58,646 nt of DNA from assembly GCA_041685495.1 (NCBI GenBank), contig JAWLFR010000002.1:17019-75664 (forward strand). The letters are read 5' to 3'. This document shows, piece after piece, positions 1 to 10,258 of this stretch. Below the pieces are notes generated by a model. The model ran no database searches, was not told the origin of the DNA, and saw nothing but the letters and a program-made list of their open reading frames with translations. Made by a program: the position numbers and the translations under genes. This stretch comes from Bacteroidales bacterium. Its GTDB lineage: Bacteria; Bacteroidota; Bacteroidia; Bacteroidales; VadinHA17. The stretch's first letter is position 1; every line of letters begins with the position of its first letter.

Positions 1-1467
1 CCGCGGTTAATAGAGGCTTTAATACCTATCATGCTGTTAATTATCCTGCTGACACTCAATGTCAGGTTCTTTGGTGACGACACCCTGTCAGGAGCCAACC
101 AGATAGCTCTTATACTGTCAGCTACCGTGGCCGGACTGATAGCGGTAAGACTGGGACATAAGTGGAAATCGGTCAGAAAGTCAATAGTGGACAGCATAGG
201 ATCGGCCATGCCCTCCATACTGATACTTTTTCTTATCGGCTCCCTGGCCGGAACATGGATGATCAGCGGTGTGGTGCCCATGCTGATATATTACGGCCTC
301 AAGATACTCAACCCCACTATCTTTCTGGTTGCCAGTGTTATAATATGCGCCATTGTGTCGCTGTCCACCGGCAGTTCATGGTCCACTGTGGCAACCATAG
401 GTATAGCCCTGCTGGGCATAGGCACCACCCTGGGTTTTAATAAGGGTCTTGTTGCCGGCGCCATACTGTCCGGAGCTTATTTCGGAGATAAGATGTCGCC
501 CTTATCAGACACCACCAACCTGGCACCTGCCATGGCAGGCACCGACCTGTTCACTCATATACGGTATATGATCTATACCACAGGGCCCAGTATTATCATA
601 ACCCTTATCATCTTCCTGATCATTGGCTTTACCGGCAAGATGGAATCAAATGCCACAGATATAGAAACGGTGATGACATCCATAGACAATAAGTTCGATG
701 TTAACCCCATATTGCTGGTAGTCCCGGCTTTCCTTATATTCATAATAATAAAAAAGGTGCCGCCGCTGCCCGCCCTTATTGCAGGAACACTGGCAGGCGC
801 TGTTTTTGCCGTTATCATGCAACCCGACGTGGTACGCGAGGTAGCCGGTATTGAAGGCAGCTATGTCAAGCAGTCCTATATCAGTGTTATGCGCACCATG
901 TTTGGCAGTGTGGCTGTTGTCACCGATAACAGCTCGGTCAATGAGCTGCTGTCTACCGGCGGCATGGCGGGCATGCTCAACACCATATGGCTTATTATCA
1001 CAGCCATGGTCTTTGGCGGGGTGATGGAATCGGCGGGTATGCTGCTTAAGATAACAGGATATATCATGAGGGTGGTGCATAATGCAGGCAGTCTGGTGGC
1101 TGCTACCGCCGGCACATGCCTTTTCTTCAATGTTACGGCCTCCGACCAGTACCTGGCTATTGTTGTACCGGGACGCATGTTTTCGAAGATCTACCGCGAT
1201 ATGGACCTGAAGCCGGAGGTGTTAAGCCGTACCCTGGAAGACTCCGGTACGGTTACCTCGGTGCTTATACCCTGGAATACCTGCGGGGCTACACAGGCCG
1301 GGGTACTGGGCGTATCCACCTTCACCTACGCCCCTTACTGCTTCTTTAATATCATCAGTCCTTTTATGAGCATCTTTATGGCTGCCTTTAATATCAAGAT
1401 CCGCAGGATAAGCGATGACAGGAAAGCAGGTAAGATACATTCGGAAGATGACAGAAGGGATATCTGA
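1..1467 (+). CDS. nhaC: Na+/H+ antiporter NhaC family, 5'-partial
   Basis: The reading frame is open to the window edge: codons PRLIEALIPI precede the first ATG at 31. Multi-pass hydrophobic protein with NhaC-like motifs (GSLAGTWMISGVVP, STGSSWSTVATIG, YFGDKMSPLSDTTN). Confidence 0.85.
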   Translation, partial: PRLIEALIPIMLLIILLTLNVRFFGDDTLSGANQIALILSATVAGLIAVRLGHKWKSVRKSIVDSIGSAMPSILILFLIGSLAGTWMISGVVPMLIYYGLKILNPTIFLVASVIICAIVSLSTGSSWSTVATIGIALLGIGTTLGFNKGLVAGAILSGAYFGDKMSPLSDTTNLAPAMAGTDLFTHIRYMIYTTGPSIIITLIIFLIIGFTGKMESNATDIETVMTSIDNKFDVNPILLVVPAFLIFIIIKKVPPLPALIAGTLAGAVFAVIMQPDVVREVAGIEGSYVKQSYISVMRTMFGSVAVVTDNSSVNELLSTGGMAGMLNTIWLIITAMVFGGVMESAGMLLKITGYIMRVVHNAGSLVAATAGTCLFFNVTASDQYLAIVVPGRMFSKIYRDMDLKPEVLSRTLEDSGTVTSVLIPWNTCGATQAGVLGVSTFTYAPYCFFNIISPFMSIFMAAFNIKIRRISDDRKAGKIHSEDDRRDI

Positions 1468-1543
1468 TCATTCTGCTGGCTGAATGCTGTCATTCATCGC
1501 TAAGGCAGGGGTCAGAATCCCGCAGCAATTGAATCCCGGCAGG

Positions 1544-3991
1544 CTATGCCAGGAAGTCAGGATACTTATCAGGATAAGCCTCCCTTATCATATTGTAAAC
1601 AACATCAAATATATCCTCTGCTGATGGCTTTGACAGGTAGTCACCGTCTGTTGTATAGGCCGGCCTGTGTTCTTTGGCGCTGAGTGTAGCCGGTTTACTG
1701 TCGAGATAAAACCACCCGTTCTGCTTCTCCAGCACCTCCTGCATCATATAGGCCGTTGTACCACCCGGCACATCTTCATCCAGGAACAGTATCCTGCCTG
1801 TTTTTTTCAACGATTCTTTTATTATACCATTGATGTCAAAGGGCAATAATGTCTGCACATCAATCAGTTCAACCGATATATCATGGTCACGAAGATGCTT
1901 AACAGCTTCCATGGCCACCTTTAGAGTAGAGCCGTATGACACCACTGTTATATCCTCACCCCCGGTCAGTATCTCGGGCACTCCCAGTGGTATTTTATAT
2001 TCGCCCGGGTTATCCGGTTTCCTTTCTTTCTGCCTGTAACCGTTCAGGGGTTCAACCACTATACCCGGATCCTGTGCTGCCAGCAGGGTATTATAGAAGC
2101 CCGAGGCCCTGGTCATATCACGGGGCACGCATACCCACATACCTCTTACTGCATTAATAAGCATGGCCAGCGGCGAGCCGCTGTGCCATATCCCTTCAAG
2201 CCTGTGTCCGCGTGTGCTCACTATCAGAGGTGCCACCATATTACCTGCTGTACGGTAGTGTGTTGTAGCCACATCATCACTCATTCCCTGCAGGGCATAC
2301 AGCAGGTAGTCGAGATACTGTATCTCTGCTATGGGTCGCAGTCCGCGCAATGCCAGTCCCAGTCCCTGTCCCAGTATGGTAGCTTCCCTTATACCTGTAT
2401 CTGTAACCCTCAGCTCACCGAATGTTGACTGCAGTCCTTCATAGCTCTGGTTTACGCCCCCTATCTTACCTGCATCTTCACCGAAGGTAAGGAGCAGGGG
2501 GTTTTTGGCGAACAGCACCTCGTAATTGGCTTTCAGCACTTCGCGTCCGGGCACCTCCTGAGAGTCATCCGAATATTCCGGTTCAACGCCTTCCACTTTC
2601 AGGGCCGACGTTTTTGTTTCGTTATACAGGTAGGTATTATACCTCTGGTAGCCGTCCTGCCTGTTCCTTTTCAGCCATGCCTGCAGGTCATCCTTCAGGC
2701 TGTCCTTCTTTTTGCAGTTGGCGCATACATTACGAATGATACGCCGTGCAGCCACAAAATTATCCTTACGTATGGGGTGCATCACTTTCTCCAGCTCACC
2801 AATAATATTTTCCACAGTGTCTTCCTTGCCCTTACTATCGCAGCTGCAGTCTTTCTCCCTGACCAGTTTCACCAGGGCATCCCTCTCTATCTTTATAGGT
2901 TCCTGGAAAGCGTTCCATGCTTTCTTGCGGGCAGCTTTGGCTTCCGCATCTGCCTCTTTCTCTATCTTCTCCAGCTCCTCTTCTCCGGCTATCCCCTCTG
3001 CCAGTATCCATTCCTTCATCTTTTTTATGGGGTCATTGTCTTTCTCCCACTGCAGCCTCTCCTCATCCTTATATCTCTCATGCGAGCCTGATGTTGAGTG
3101 TCCCAGCGGCTGTGTAACCTCTTCAATATGAAAAAGCACCGGAACATGCTCACGCCTGCATATTTCTATACCTTTCCTGTAGGTCTCAATAAGGCCGGGG
3201 TAATCCCATCCAGTTGCTTTGAATATCCTGATACCCTCACCCTTCTTCTTACTCTCGAAGCCTTTCAGTACCTCCGATATACTGCCTTTGGTTGTCTGGT
3301 ACTTTTTTGGCACCGATATACCATACCCGTCATCCCATACTGAAAGGGCCATTGGCACCTGCAGCACACCTGCTGCGTTCATTGTTTCCCAGAAATGCCC
3401 TTCAGAGGTACTGGCATCGCCTATTGACCCGAAGGCCACCTCATTACCTTTTATTGACAGCTTCTTATAATCAGCCAGATCTTTGTTCTCCCTGAACATC
3501 TTTGAGGCGTAGGCCAGTCCCAGCAGCCTGGGCATCTGCCCGGCCGTGGGCGATATGTCAGCAGAGGAATTCTTCAGCTTTGTAAGCTCTTTCCAGCTGC
3601 CATCCTTATTTATATTGGGTGTGGAGAAGTGGTTATTAAAAATCCTGCCCTCGTTGCCAGGGTTCAGTTCCGGATCGGGACTCCCATAGAGCTGGTGAAA
3701 AAATTCTTCGGCGTTGTACAGGTCCATGGCCATCATCCATGTCTGATCGCGATAATAACCTGAGCGCCAGTCGCCATCTTTGAACTCTTTGGCCAGTGCC
3801 AGCTGGGCTATCTCCTTACCATCACCGAATATGCCGAATTTAGCCTTTCCTGAAAGTACCTCACGACGGCCTATAACGCTTAAGTTCCTGCTGAGATTGG
3901 CCAGCCTGTAGTCTGCTAATACTTCTTTAGTGTTATACTTTTCCGACGTTTTCTTCTGTGTTTTCTTCTGTGTTTTTTCCTGCTTCTCCAT
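1544..3991 (-). CDS. TPP-dependent 2-oxoacid dehydrogenase E1 component, fused alpha/beta subunits
   Basis: 815-aa ORF. The N-terminal half looks like E1-alpha (GSIGDASTSEGHFWE, WDDGYGISVP). The C-terminal half looks like E1-beta/transketolase (TFGEDAGKIGGV, ITVVSYGST). This fused form is common in Bacteroidota. No E2/E3 genes are in the window. Confidence 0.8.
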   Translation of the reverse strand: MEKQEKTQKKTQKKTSEKYNTKEVLADYRLANLSRNLSVIGRREVLSGKAKFGIFGDGKEIAQLALAKEFKDGDWRSGYYRDQTWMMAMDLYNAEEFFHQLYGSPDPELNPGNEGRIFNNHFSTPNINKDGSWKELTKLKNSSADISPTAGQMPRLLGLAYASKMFRENKDLADYKKLSIKGNEVAFGSIGDASTSEGHFWETMNAAGVLQVPMALSVWDDGYGISVPKKYQTTKGSISEVLKGFESKKKGEGIRIFKATGWDYPGLIETYRKGIEICRREHVPVLFHIEEVTQPLGHSTSGSHERYKDEERLQWEKDNDPIKKMKEWILAEGIAGEEELEKIEKEADAEAKAARKKAWNAFQEPIKIERDALVKLVREKDCSCDSKGKEDTVENIIGELEKVMHPIRKDNFVAARRIIRNVCANCKKKDSLKDDLQAWLKRNRQDGYQRYNTYLYNETKTSALKVEGVEPEYSDDSQEVPGREVLKANYEVLFAKNPLLLTFGEDAGKIGGVNQSYEGLQSTFGELRVTDTGIREATILGQGLGLALRGLRPIAEIQYLDYLLYALQGMSDDVATTHYRTAGNMVAPLIVSTRGHRLEGIWHSGSPLAMLINAVRGMWVCVPRDMTRASGFYNTLLAAQDPGIVVEPLNGYRQKERKPDNPGEYKIPLGVPEILTGGEDITVVSYGSTLKVAMEAVKHLRDHDISVELIDVQTLLPFDINGIIKESLKKTGRILFLDEDVPGGTTAYMMQEVLEKQNGWFYLDSKPATLSAKEHRPAYTTDGDYLSKPSAEDIFDVVYNMIREAYPDKYPDFLA

Positions 3992-4147
3992 TGCTGTTTA
4001 TTTGTTCAGGTTTGCGGCTAATCTATTACGACAAACTATTTATGGAATAATAAAATTAACCCTTTTTTCAAAGTTTTAAAAAGTCTTTCTACTGGTAAAC
4101 AAAAATCAGGCCCTCTTGTTTTAAAGATGATAATCAAAATGTTTTAT

Positions 4148-4155
4148 TATATTTG
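4148..4155 (+). promoter_or_regulatory. Candidate Bacteroidota -7 promoter box (TAnnTTTG)
   Basis: TATATTTG lies 37 nt upstream of the ATG at 4192, in an AT-rich divergent intergenic region. This is a motif match only. Confidence 0.3.
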
Positions 4156-4191
4156 TAACCAATATTTTACAATTTAGGAATTTATCTCAAT

Positions 4192-4416
4192 ATGTTTATA
4201 AAATTACTGCTTTTAAGTTTTGTATTTGTTGTGATAGCCCTTATCGGACTGGCCGTCAAGATCCTTTTTACACGGGCCGGGCGCTTTCCCGAAACCCATG
4301 TTGGCCGTAATAAGGAGATGGCAAGGCGCGGTATCCGGTGTGCACAGAGCATTGATGTTGGCTGTCAGCCCACGGACGAGTTCCCTGGCTGCTCAAGCTG
4401 TGGCAGCATAAAATAG
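4192..4416 (+). CDS. Small single-pass Cys-rich membrane protein (possible NqrM-like maturation factor)
   Basis: 74 aa with an N-terminal TM helix (LLLLSFVFVVIALIGLAV) and a basic stretch. The tail carries four Cys (C-x10-C-x8-C-x2-C). It is convergent with apbE, 7 nt apart, at the nqr locus. Confidence 0.5.
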   Translation: MFIKLLLLSFVFVVIALIGLAVKILFTRAGRFPETHVGRNKEMARRGIRCAQSIDVGCQPTDEFPGCSSCGSIK

Positions 4417-4423
4417 ATCAGGT

Positions 4424-5437
4424 TTAATCAGACAGGTAGTCAATCATATCCTCGGTAAACCAGGTTCTGAATTCGCCGTCGCCGCCTGAATACACAAGGT
4501 AAGCCTCTATGTTTTCCACTCTTACTATCATTTCTTTAGCACCTTCGAGTCCAAGCACCATACATGATGTAGCCAGTGCGTCGGCCGTCATGCAGTCATC
4601 CGCTATAATAGTGGCACTCAGCAATTTATGCCTTACAGGATATCCTGTTTTAGGGTTTATGGTATGTGAATACTTAATACCGTCTTCTATATAATACTTC
4701 CTGTAATTGCCGGAGGTGGCCAGTGCCCTGTTCACCAGTTTAATATCAGCCTGCCTGTGCACACCCGGACTCATATTACCGTCTGTTGGTTTATCCAGAC
4801 CAATAAGCCAGGGCTCGTCATTAAGTTTTTTACCTTTTGTACGCACCTCGCCTCCCACCTCCACCAGGAAGCGGTCATATCCCATTGAACAGAGATAATC
4901 ATGTATTATATCAACGGTATATCCCTGGGCAATAGCATTCACATCAAGGCACATATCAGGATCGCTCTTCACCACCAGTCCTTTCTCTATCTTTATCTTA
5001 TCCATGCCTACAAGCTCCATAAGCCTGTTCTTGATACTCTCGTTAAAGCGTTTTGTGGCATCCGGTCCGAATCCCCATGCATTGATAAGCGGTGCAGCAG
5101 TTATGTCAAAGGCACCATCTGTCAGTTCCCATATCTCGTAAGACCTGTTAAAAACATTTATAAAGAGGCTATCCAGTTCCACTGCTTCATTCCTGTTTAC
5201 CAGTGATATGATGGAATGGGGGTTATATGTTGACAGTGAGCTATCGACATCGGCCAGCAGCCTGCCGATATCCTCCCTGAGCTCTGTAGTATCATCCGAT
5301 TTATCATGGTACCATATTACGGAATAGCCTGTACCCTGTGTCAGTCCCTGTATCCTGGACTGCACCTGTTCTCCCTTCTGACAGGAATATAAGAATGCAG
5401 TGAGCAATATGATCAATAATAAATACCTGTTATTCAT
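4424..5437 (-). CDS. apbE: FAD:protein FMN transferase ApbE (lipoprotein)
   Basis: Lipoprotein signal (LLTAFLYSCQ). ApbE motifs are present: AFDITAAPLINAWGFGP, AIAQGYTVD, ATSGNYRKY, HTINPKTGYP, CMTADALATS. It lies downstream of nqrF. Confidence 0.9.
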   Translation of the reverse strand: MNNRYLLLIILLTAFLYSCQKGEQVQSRIQGLTQGTGYSVIWYHDKSDDTTELREDIGRLLADVDSSLSTYNPHSIISLVNRNEAVELDSLFINVFNRSYEIWELTDGAFDITAAPLINAWGFGPDATKRFNESIKNRLMELVGMDKIKIEKGLVVKSDPDMCLDVNAIAQGYTVDIIHDYLCSMGYDRFLVEVGGEVRTKGKKLNDEPWLIGLDKPTDGNMSPGVHRQADIKLVNRALATSGNYRKYYIEDGIKYSHTINPKTGYPVRHKLLSATIIADDCMTADALATSCMVLGLEGAKEMIVRVENIEAYLVYSGGDGEFRTWFTEDMIDYLSD

Positions 5438-5714
5438 ATACTTAATATTTTTTTACTTACCCTGTGCCACTGCTCCGCCATAGCTGTACTCGCTAAGCCC
5501 GGAGTAAAACTTCGGGGAAGCGCTCGCGTAATTTATGACGAAATTAATAATATCTGAAAGAATATAAAATTAACTTTCCTGTAAAGAATAATATCATTCA
5601 TGGATTATTAGGTATAGTTAACCAAAATAATCTGCAAATGATAAAATAAAGTTATAGATTTGATTTTGAAGATTTGTTTTCATATTCCCCTTTCCCCTAT
5701 CTTCAAAGGATAAG

Positions 5715-5752
5715 TAAAAAAGGAGAGCTGTTCCCAACAGCTCTCCTTTTTG
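5715..5752 (-). terminator. Rho-independent (bidirectional-looking) terminator after nqrF
   Basis: A perfect 12-bp stem, AGGAGAGCTGTT (5721-5732) pairing with AACAGCTCTCCT (5736-5747), with a 3-nt loop. It is flanked by an A-run on one side and a T-run on the other, about 55 nt past the nqrF stop. Confidence 0.8.
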
Positions 5753-5806
5753 ATTTCTATCCTATCAGCTTCAGGCAGCTAAGCCTTTTTTATTTATTTG
5801 ATGCGT

Positions 5807-7060
5807 CTATCCTCCGAAATCATCAAATGCCACATTCTCATCGGGTATACCCAGGTCATACATGAGTTTAAGTACGGCATCATTCATCAGGGGAGGCCCG
5901 CAGAGATAATACTCTATCTCTTCAGGCTCATCCAGTTTACTGAGGTACTCATCATACAGCACCTTATGTATAAATCCTGTATATCCTTTCCAGTTATCTT
6001 CGGGCAGTGGTTCTGACAGTGCAAGGTTAAAGGTGAAGTTCGGGAATTTCTTTTCTATCGCCCTGAATTCTTCCTCGTAGAACACTTCGCGGCGCGACCG
6101 TGCACCGTACCAGTATGAAACCTTACGGTCTGTCTTCAGTGTATGGAAGAGATGGAATATATGGGATCTGAGCGGGGCCATACCGGCGCCACCTCCAATA
6201 TATATCATTTCATTATCGGTGTCTTTTATGTGGAAATCGCCATACGGACCTGATACCATCACCTTGTCACCGGGGTTACGCGTAAAAACATATGAGGAGC
6301 ATATACCCGGGGGTACATTCATCCACCTGTTTTTCTTCCTGTCCCACGGGGGTGTGGCAATACGTATATTCAGCATAATAATATTCCCTTCGGCAGGGTG
6401 ATTGGCCATTGAGTAGGCGCGTATTGTCTCTTCGCTGTTTTTCAGCTTAAGGTCCCACATCTTGAACTTATCCCATTCATCCTTGAATTCCTCGTTTACC
6501 TGTATATCCTTGAAAGAGACATCAAATTCAGGTACATCTATCTGAATATATTCACCGGGCCTGAAGTCCATGCTTTCGCCTTCCGGCAGCTTAACAACGA
6601 ATTCCTTAATAAAGGAGGCCACATTATCATTGGATACCACCTCGCATTCCCATTTCTTAACACCCATCACCTCTTCAGGCACATGGATAACCATGTCTTC
6701 CCGTATCTTCACCTGGCAACCCAGCCGCCAGTTATTCTGCTGTTCTTTCCTGGTGAAAAAGCCTGTTTCTGTTGGCAGTATAGATCCTCCGCCCTCGAAT
6801 ATCTGGCATTTGCACTGCCCACAGGTACCACCTCCGCCGCATGCTGAGGGCAGGTATATGTCGTGGGCTGACAATGTTGCCATAACATTATTGCCCGGCG
6901 ACACTATCATCTCATCATCATTAACCTTGAGTTTTACATCGCCCTGCGGCACCAGTTTTTTTCTTGCATACAAAAGTATTATTACAAGCAGTAGTATAAC
7001 CAGCAGGAACACCAGTATACTTATTGCGATAACACCTATGGTGGATGTAGCTAATATCAT
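5807..7060 (-). CDS. nqrF: Na+-translocating NADH:quinone oxidoreductase subunit F
   Basis: N-terminal TM helix, 2Fe-2S ferredoxin motif CGGGGTCGQCKC, and an FAD/NADH-binding FNR-like C-terminal part (RAYSMAN, GGGAGMAP). Confidence 0.95.
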   Translation of the reverse strand: MILATSTIGVIAISILVFLLVILLLVIILLYARKKLVPQGDVKLKVNDDEMIVSPGNNVMATLSAHDIYLPSACGGGGTCGQCKCQIFEGGGSILPTETGFFTRKEQQNNWRLGCQVKIREDMVIHVPEEVMGVKKWECEVVSNDNVASFIKEFVVKLPEGESMDFRPGEYIQIDVPEFDVSFKDIQVNEEFKDEWDKFKMWDLKLKNSEETIRAYSMANHPAEGNIIMLNIRIATPPWDRKKNRWMNVPPGICSSYVFTRNPGDKVMVSGPYGDFHIKDTDNEMIYIGGGAGMAPLRSHIFHLFHTLKTDRKVSYWYGARSRREVFYEEEFRAIEKKFPNFTFNLALSEPLPEDNWKGYTGFIHKVLYDEYLSKLDEPEEIEYYLCGPPLMNDAVLKLMYDLGIPDENVAFDDFGG

Positions 7061-7072
7061 AATAATGCAATT

Positions 7073-7690
7073 TTACAGTTTAATACCCATAAAGCTCATG
7101 AAAGCAATACCCATAAGCCCGGTAATTATAAATGTTATACCCAGTCCCCTCAGCGGTGCCGGCACATTTGAATATTGTATCTTCTCTCTTATGGCTGCTA
7201 TTCCCGCTATAGCCAGCAGGAATCCAACCCCTGACCCGAAGCCGAACACTGTTGCTTCACCTATATTCACATATTCCCTTTCCACCATAAACAATGATCC
7301 TCCGAGTATGGCGCAGTTAACCGCAATAAGTGGAAGGAATATACCCAGTGATGAATACAGTGCCGGGCTGAATTTCTCAATAATCATTTCCACCAGCTGC
7401 ACCATTGATGCTATCACTGCGATAAACATAATGAAAGAGAGAAAGCTCAGGTTTATATCGCCCAGGCCCGGGCTCAGCCACGTGAGAGCTCCTTCCTTGA
7501 GCATGAAATTATAAATAAGATAATTGACGGGAACGGTTATTGTGAGAACAAACACAACGGCCATACCCAGTCCTACCGAAGTCTTTACTGTTTTTGACAC
7601 TGCCAGGTACGAGCACATACCCAGGAAGTATGCAAAAACCATATTATCAATAAAGACCGATCTTACGAATATATTAATTAGATTTTCCAT
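7073..7690 (-). CDS. nqrE: Na+-NQR subunit E
   Basis: 205-aa polytopic protein of the NqrE/RnfA family ([20 protein letters not shown]), in operon order. Confidence 0.95.
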   Translation of the reverse strand: MENLINIFVRSVFIDNMVFAYFLGMCSYLAVSKTVKTSVGLGMAVVFVLTITVPVNYLIYNFMLKEGALTWLSPGLGDINLSFLSFIMFIAVIASMVQLVEMIIEKFSPALYSSLGIFLPLIAVNCAILGGSLFMVEREYVNIGEATVFGFGSGVGFLLAIAGIAAIREKIQYSNVPAPLRGLGITFIITGLMGIAFMSFMGIKL

Positions 7691-7701
7691 AATAACCTGT
7701 T

Positions 7702-8358
7702 TTAGCTTTTATCAATCAGATCCCTGTTCCGGCTTCTCTGTATCCAGATAATTATGCCCACTGTTATCAGGGCCATAGGAGGCAGGATCATAAATCCGTT
7801 ATTCTCATAACCAATCTCATAGATTCCTATCTTCTCCATTACGGGATATCCGAAGACGGTTCCTGATCCCAGGAATTCCCTGAAGAATCCCACAACAATA
7901 AGTATCCATCCGTAACCGGCTGCATTACCCAGTCCATCAAGAAAGGAGGCCCAGGGCTTATTGGCCATGGCAAAACCTTCAAGACGGCCCATAATAATAC
8001 AATTGGTTATTATCAGTCCTACAAATACCGAAAGCTGCTTGCTCACTTCAAAGGCAAATGCTTTCAGCACCTGGTCGACCAGTACCACCATCATGGCAAT
8101 CACCACCAGCATAAATATTATCCTTATCCTCGGAGGCACTGCTTTCCTGAATAATGAAACTATAACGTTTGATACTGCCATCACTACCACAACGGATATG
8201 GCCATTACCACCGATGGTTTCAGTTTTGCTGTTACAGCCAGTGCCGAGCATATACCAAGCACCTGCACTGTTATAGGGTTATTGGGCCCCAGCGGTTCTC
8301 TCAGCAATTTCAGGTTTTTCGATGAGAACAAAGGTTCTCTTTCTTTTTTATCGCTCAT
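7702..8358 (-). CDS. nqrD: Na+-NQR subunit D
   Basis: 218-aa polytopic protein of the NqrD/RnfE family ([20 protein letters not shown]), in operon order. Confidence 0.95.
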   Translation of the reverse strand: MSDKKEREPLFSSKNLKLLREPLGPNNPITVQVLGICSALAVTAKLKPSVVMAISVVVVMAVSNVIVSLFRKAVPPRIRIIFMLVVIAMMVVLVDQVLKAFAFEVSKQLSVFVGLIITNCIIMGRLEGFAMANKPWASFLDGLGNAAGYGWILIVVGFFREFLGSGTVFGYPVMEKIGIYEIGYENNGFMILPPMALITVGIIIWIQRSRNRDLIDKS

Positions 8359-8361
8359 ATC

Positions 8362-9063
8362 TTATTCGCTATTTTTTTTCAGGAATTCAACATAGTTAAC
8401 CAGGCCGCTATAAATCATGTCCTCCAGGGCCTTACTCGTAATAGTTCCGCCGGATACAGCATCAACAGCATGCGGATCACCCTCTTCGGCACCTCCTTTT
8501 TGGACGATAATGCCGACAAACTCATTATCTTCAAATAATTCTTTACCAACAAACTGGGCTTCAAACCAGCTTTCATTTATCTCAGCTCCGAGTCCGGGTG
8601 TCTCCGATGTATGATCGAAGGTAGCACCGTTTATTGTGCGCATATCTTCTTTAAGTGATATATAGCCATATATCGGTCCCCACAGCCCTTTTCCTTCCAG
8701 GGGCATTATATAGCTGCTGCTGCCATCATCGAGTGTTGCCACAAAAACGGGAAATACCTGTTCATCAAGGTCTTTTCTCTGTTCCTTTTTTACATCAACA
8801 ATAAACGGGTCAACGCCTTCCACCATCTCAGCTTCGGAGTTAAGGGCAAAAGACTCTGTTATATACTTGTCGTACAGCTCTTCAGCGGTTTCCGCGTTTG
8901 CCTGCACTCCCACTGAAGCCAGGATATTGCTCTTCTTCTCTATCTCCGCATTTCTTTCCTGCAGAGGCTGTAACAGCAGGGCGGCGGTAGAGAGTATTAA
9001 GGCGACAATGGCAACCATCCCTGTCGCAAAAAGGAATATATATCTGTTACTGAATTGTTTCAT
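8362..9063 (-). CDS. nqrC: Na+-NQR subunit C
   Basis: Single N-terminal TM helix. Carries an FMN-attachment-type motif, DAVSGGTITSKA, and sits between nqrB and nqrD. Confidence 0.9.
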   Translation of the reverse strand: MKQFSNRYIFLFATGMVAIVALILSTAALLLQPLQERNAEIEKKSNILASVGVQANAETAEELYDKYITESFALNSEAEMVEGVDPFIVDVKKEQRKDLDEQVFPVFVATLDDGSSSYIMPLEGKGLWGPIYGYISLKEDMRTINGATFDHTSETPGLGAEINESWFEAQFVGKELFEDNEFVGIIVQKGGAEEGDPHAVDAVSGGTITSKALEDMIYSGLVNYVEFLKKNSE

Positions 9064-9075
9064 TGCAAATATCTT

Positions 9076-10233
9076 TTAATTAGCGTTAGCCCTTTTTAAT
9101 CTTCTCTTGATGTTTGCCTGTATAATATAATAGTCGATCAGCGGCGCAAACACATTCATAAACAGTATTGCCAGCATCATCCCTTCCGGGAAGGCAGGGT
9201 TCAGCACTCTTATCAGCACTGCCAGTATACCTATCATCAAACCATATATCCATTTACCTGTCTCTGTCTGGCTTCCGCTCACAGGATCGGTAGCCATAAA
9301 TACGGCACCGAAAGCGAATCCACCCATTATAAGATGGTAGTAAGCGGGCAACTCCATATACGGATTAACAGCAAAGGCATTTAAAAGCAGGGCCATACCC
9401 ATTCCTCCTGCAAAGACGCTCAGGATGATCTTCCAGCTGCCCACACCGGTGAATATCAGGATGGCGGCTCCTATAAGGATGGCCAGGGTTGATGTTTCAC
9501 CAATAGATCCCGGGATGGTGCCTATAAACATTTCCATTGCTGAAGGCAGTCTTTCAACCTGGTGAAGTGCAGCCTCTGCAAGTGGTGTGGCACCGGAGAA
9601 AGTATCAGCCACTCCCTCACCTTTCACGAGGCCGGCTATCCATACCTGGTCGCCCGACATCCATTTGGGATAGCTGAAAAAGAGAAAAGCCCGGGCCACA
9701 AGTGCGGGGTTAAGGATATTCATACCGGTGCCCCCGAATACCTCCTTGCCTATTATCACGGCGAAGACAACTGCCAGGGCAAGCTGCCACAGGGGCACAT
9801 CCACCGGTACAATAAGAGGTATGAGCAGTCCGGTCACAAAATAGCCTTCATTGACTTCATGTCCTCTTATCTGGGCAAAGATTACTTCAACACCCAGTCC
9901 CACTATATAGCTTACAAGGAACAGCGGCAGGAATTTAAGAAACCCGAACCACACCATCTCCCAGAATCCGGCTTCCACGTTTATCGACTGGTAATGTTGC
10001 AGTCCGATATTATAGATACCAAAAAGCAATGCGGGTATGAGGGCTATCCAGACGGTTATCATTACCCTCTTCATATCAATGCCGTCGCGTATATGGGAAC
10101 CCCTGGAGGTCACCCTGTCAGGTACAAAGATCAGCACCTCTATGGCATCGAATAAGGCATGAAGTTTTTCAAACTTGCCACCCTCTTCGAAGTGAGGTTT
10201 AATCTTATCTATTTGCTTTCTTAATGCTTTCAT
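9076..10233 (-). CDS. nqrB: Na+-NQR subunit B
   Basis: 385-aa polytopic protein with the flavinylation-type motif FSGATPL. NqrB/RnfD family. Confidence 0.95.
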   Translation of the reverse strand: MKALRKQIDKIKPHFEEGGKFEKLHALFDAIEVLIFVPDRVTSRGSHIRDGIDMKRVMITVWIALIPALLFGIYNIGLQHYQSINVEAGFWEMVWFGFLKFLPLFLVSYIVGLGVEVIFAQIRGHEVNEGYFVTGLLIPLIVPVDVPLWQLALAVVFAVIIGKEVFGGTGMNILNPALVARAFLFFSYPKWMSGDQVWIAGLVKGEGVADTFSGATPLAEAALHQVERLPSAMEMFIGTIPGSIGETSTLAILIGAAILIFTGVGSWKIILSVFAGGMGMALLLNAFAVNPYMELPAYYHLIMGGFAFGAVFMATDPVSGSQTETGKWIYGLMIGILAVLIRVLNPAFPEGMMLAILFMNVFAPLIDYYIIQANIKRRLKRANAN

Positions 10234-10258
10234 TATTAAGATTATACTTTTTATAGTT

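Noticed and set aside
5434-5481. 15-codon uORF (MAEQWHRVSKKILSI) whose TGA overlaps the apbE ATG (ATGA)
   Set aside because: It is too short to distinguish from chance, and I have no conservation information. Noted only as a possible coupling element.
5451-5525. GC-rich patch in the otherwise AT-rich nqrF-apbE spacer, considered as a possible tRNA or sRNA
   Set aside because: It has no cloverleaf, no T-loop (GGTTCGAATCC-like) motif, and only weak 6-bp hairpins. It is probably part of the apbE 5' UTR.
6570-7514. 314-aa plus-strand ORF, and similar long ORFs at 9562-10155, 15807-16331, 17366-17914, 24396-25115 and 45982-46503
   Set aside because: All lie entirely antisense to confidently identified genes (nqrF/E, nqrB, moaC, moeA, AOR, korB). 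They have S/T/P/I-rich low-complexity composition and no recognisable motifs. These are shadow ORFs.
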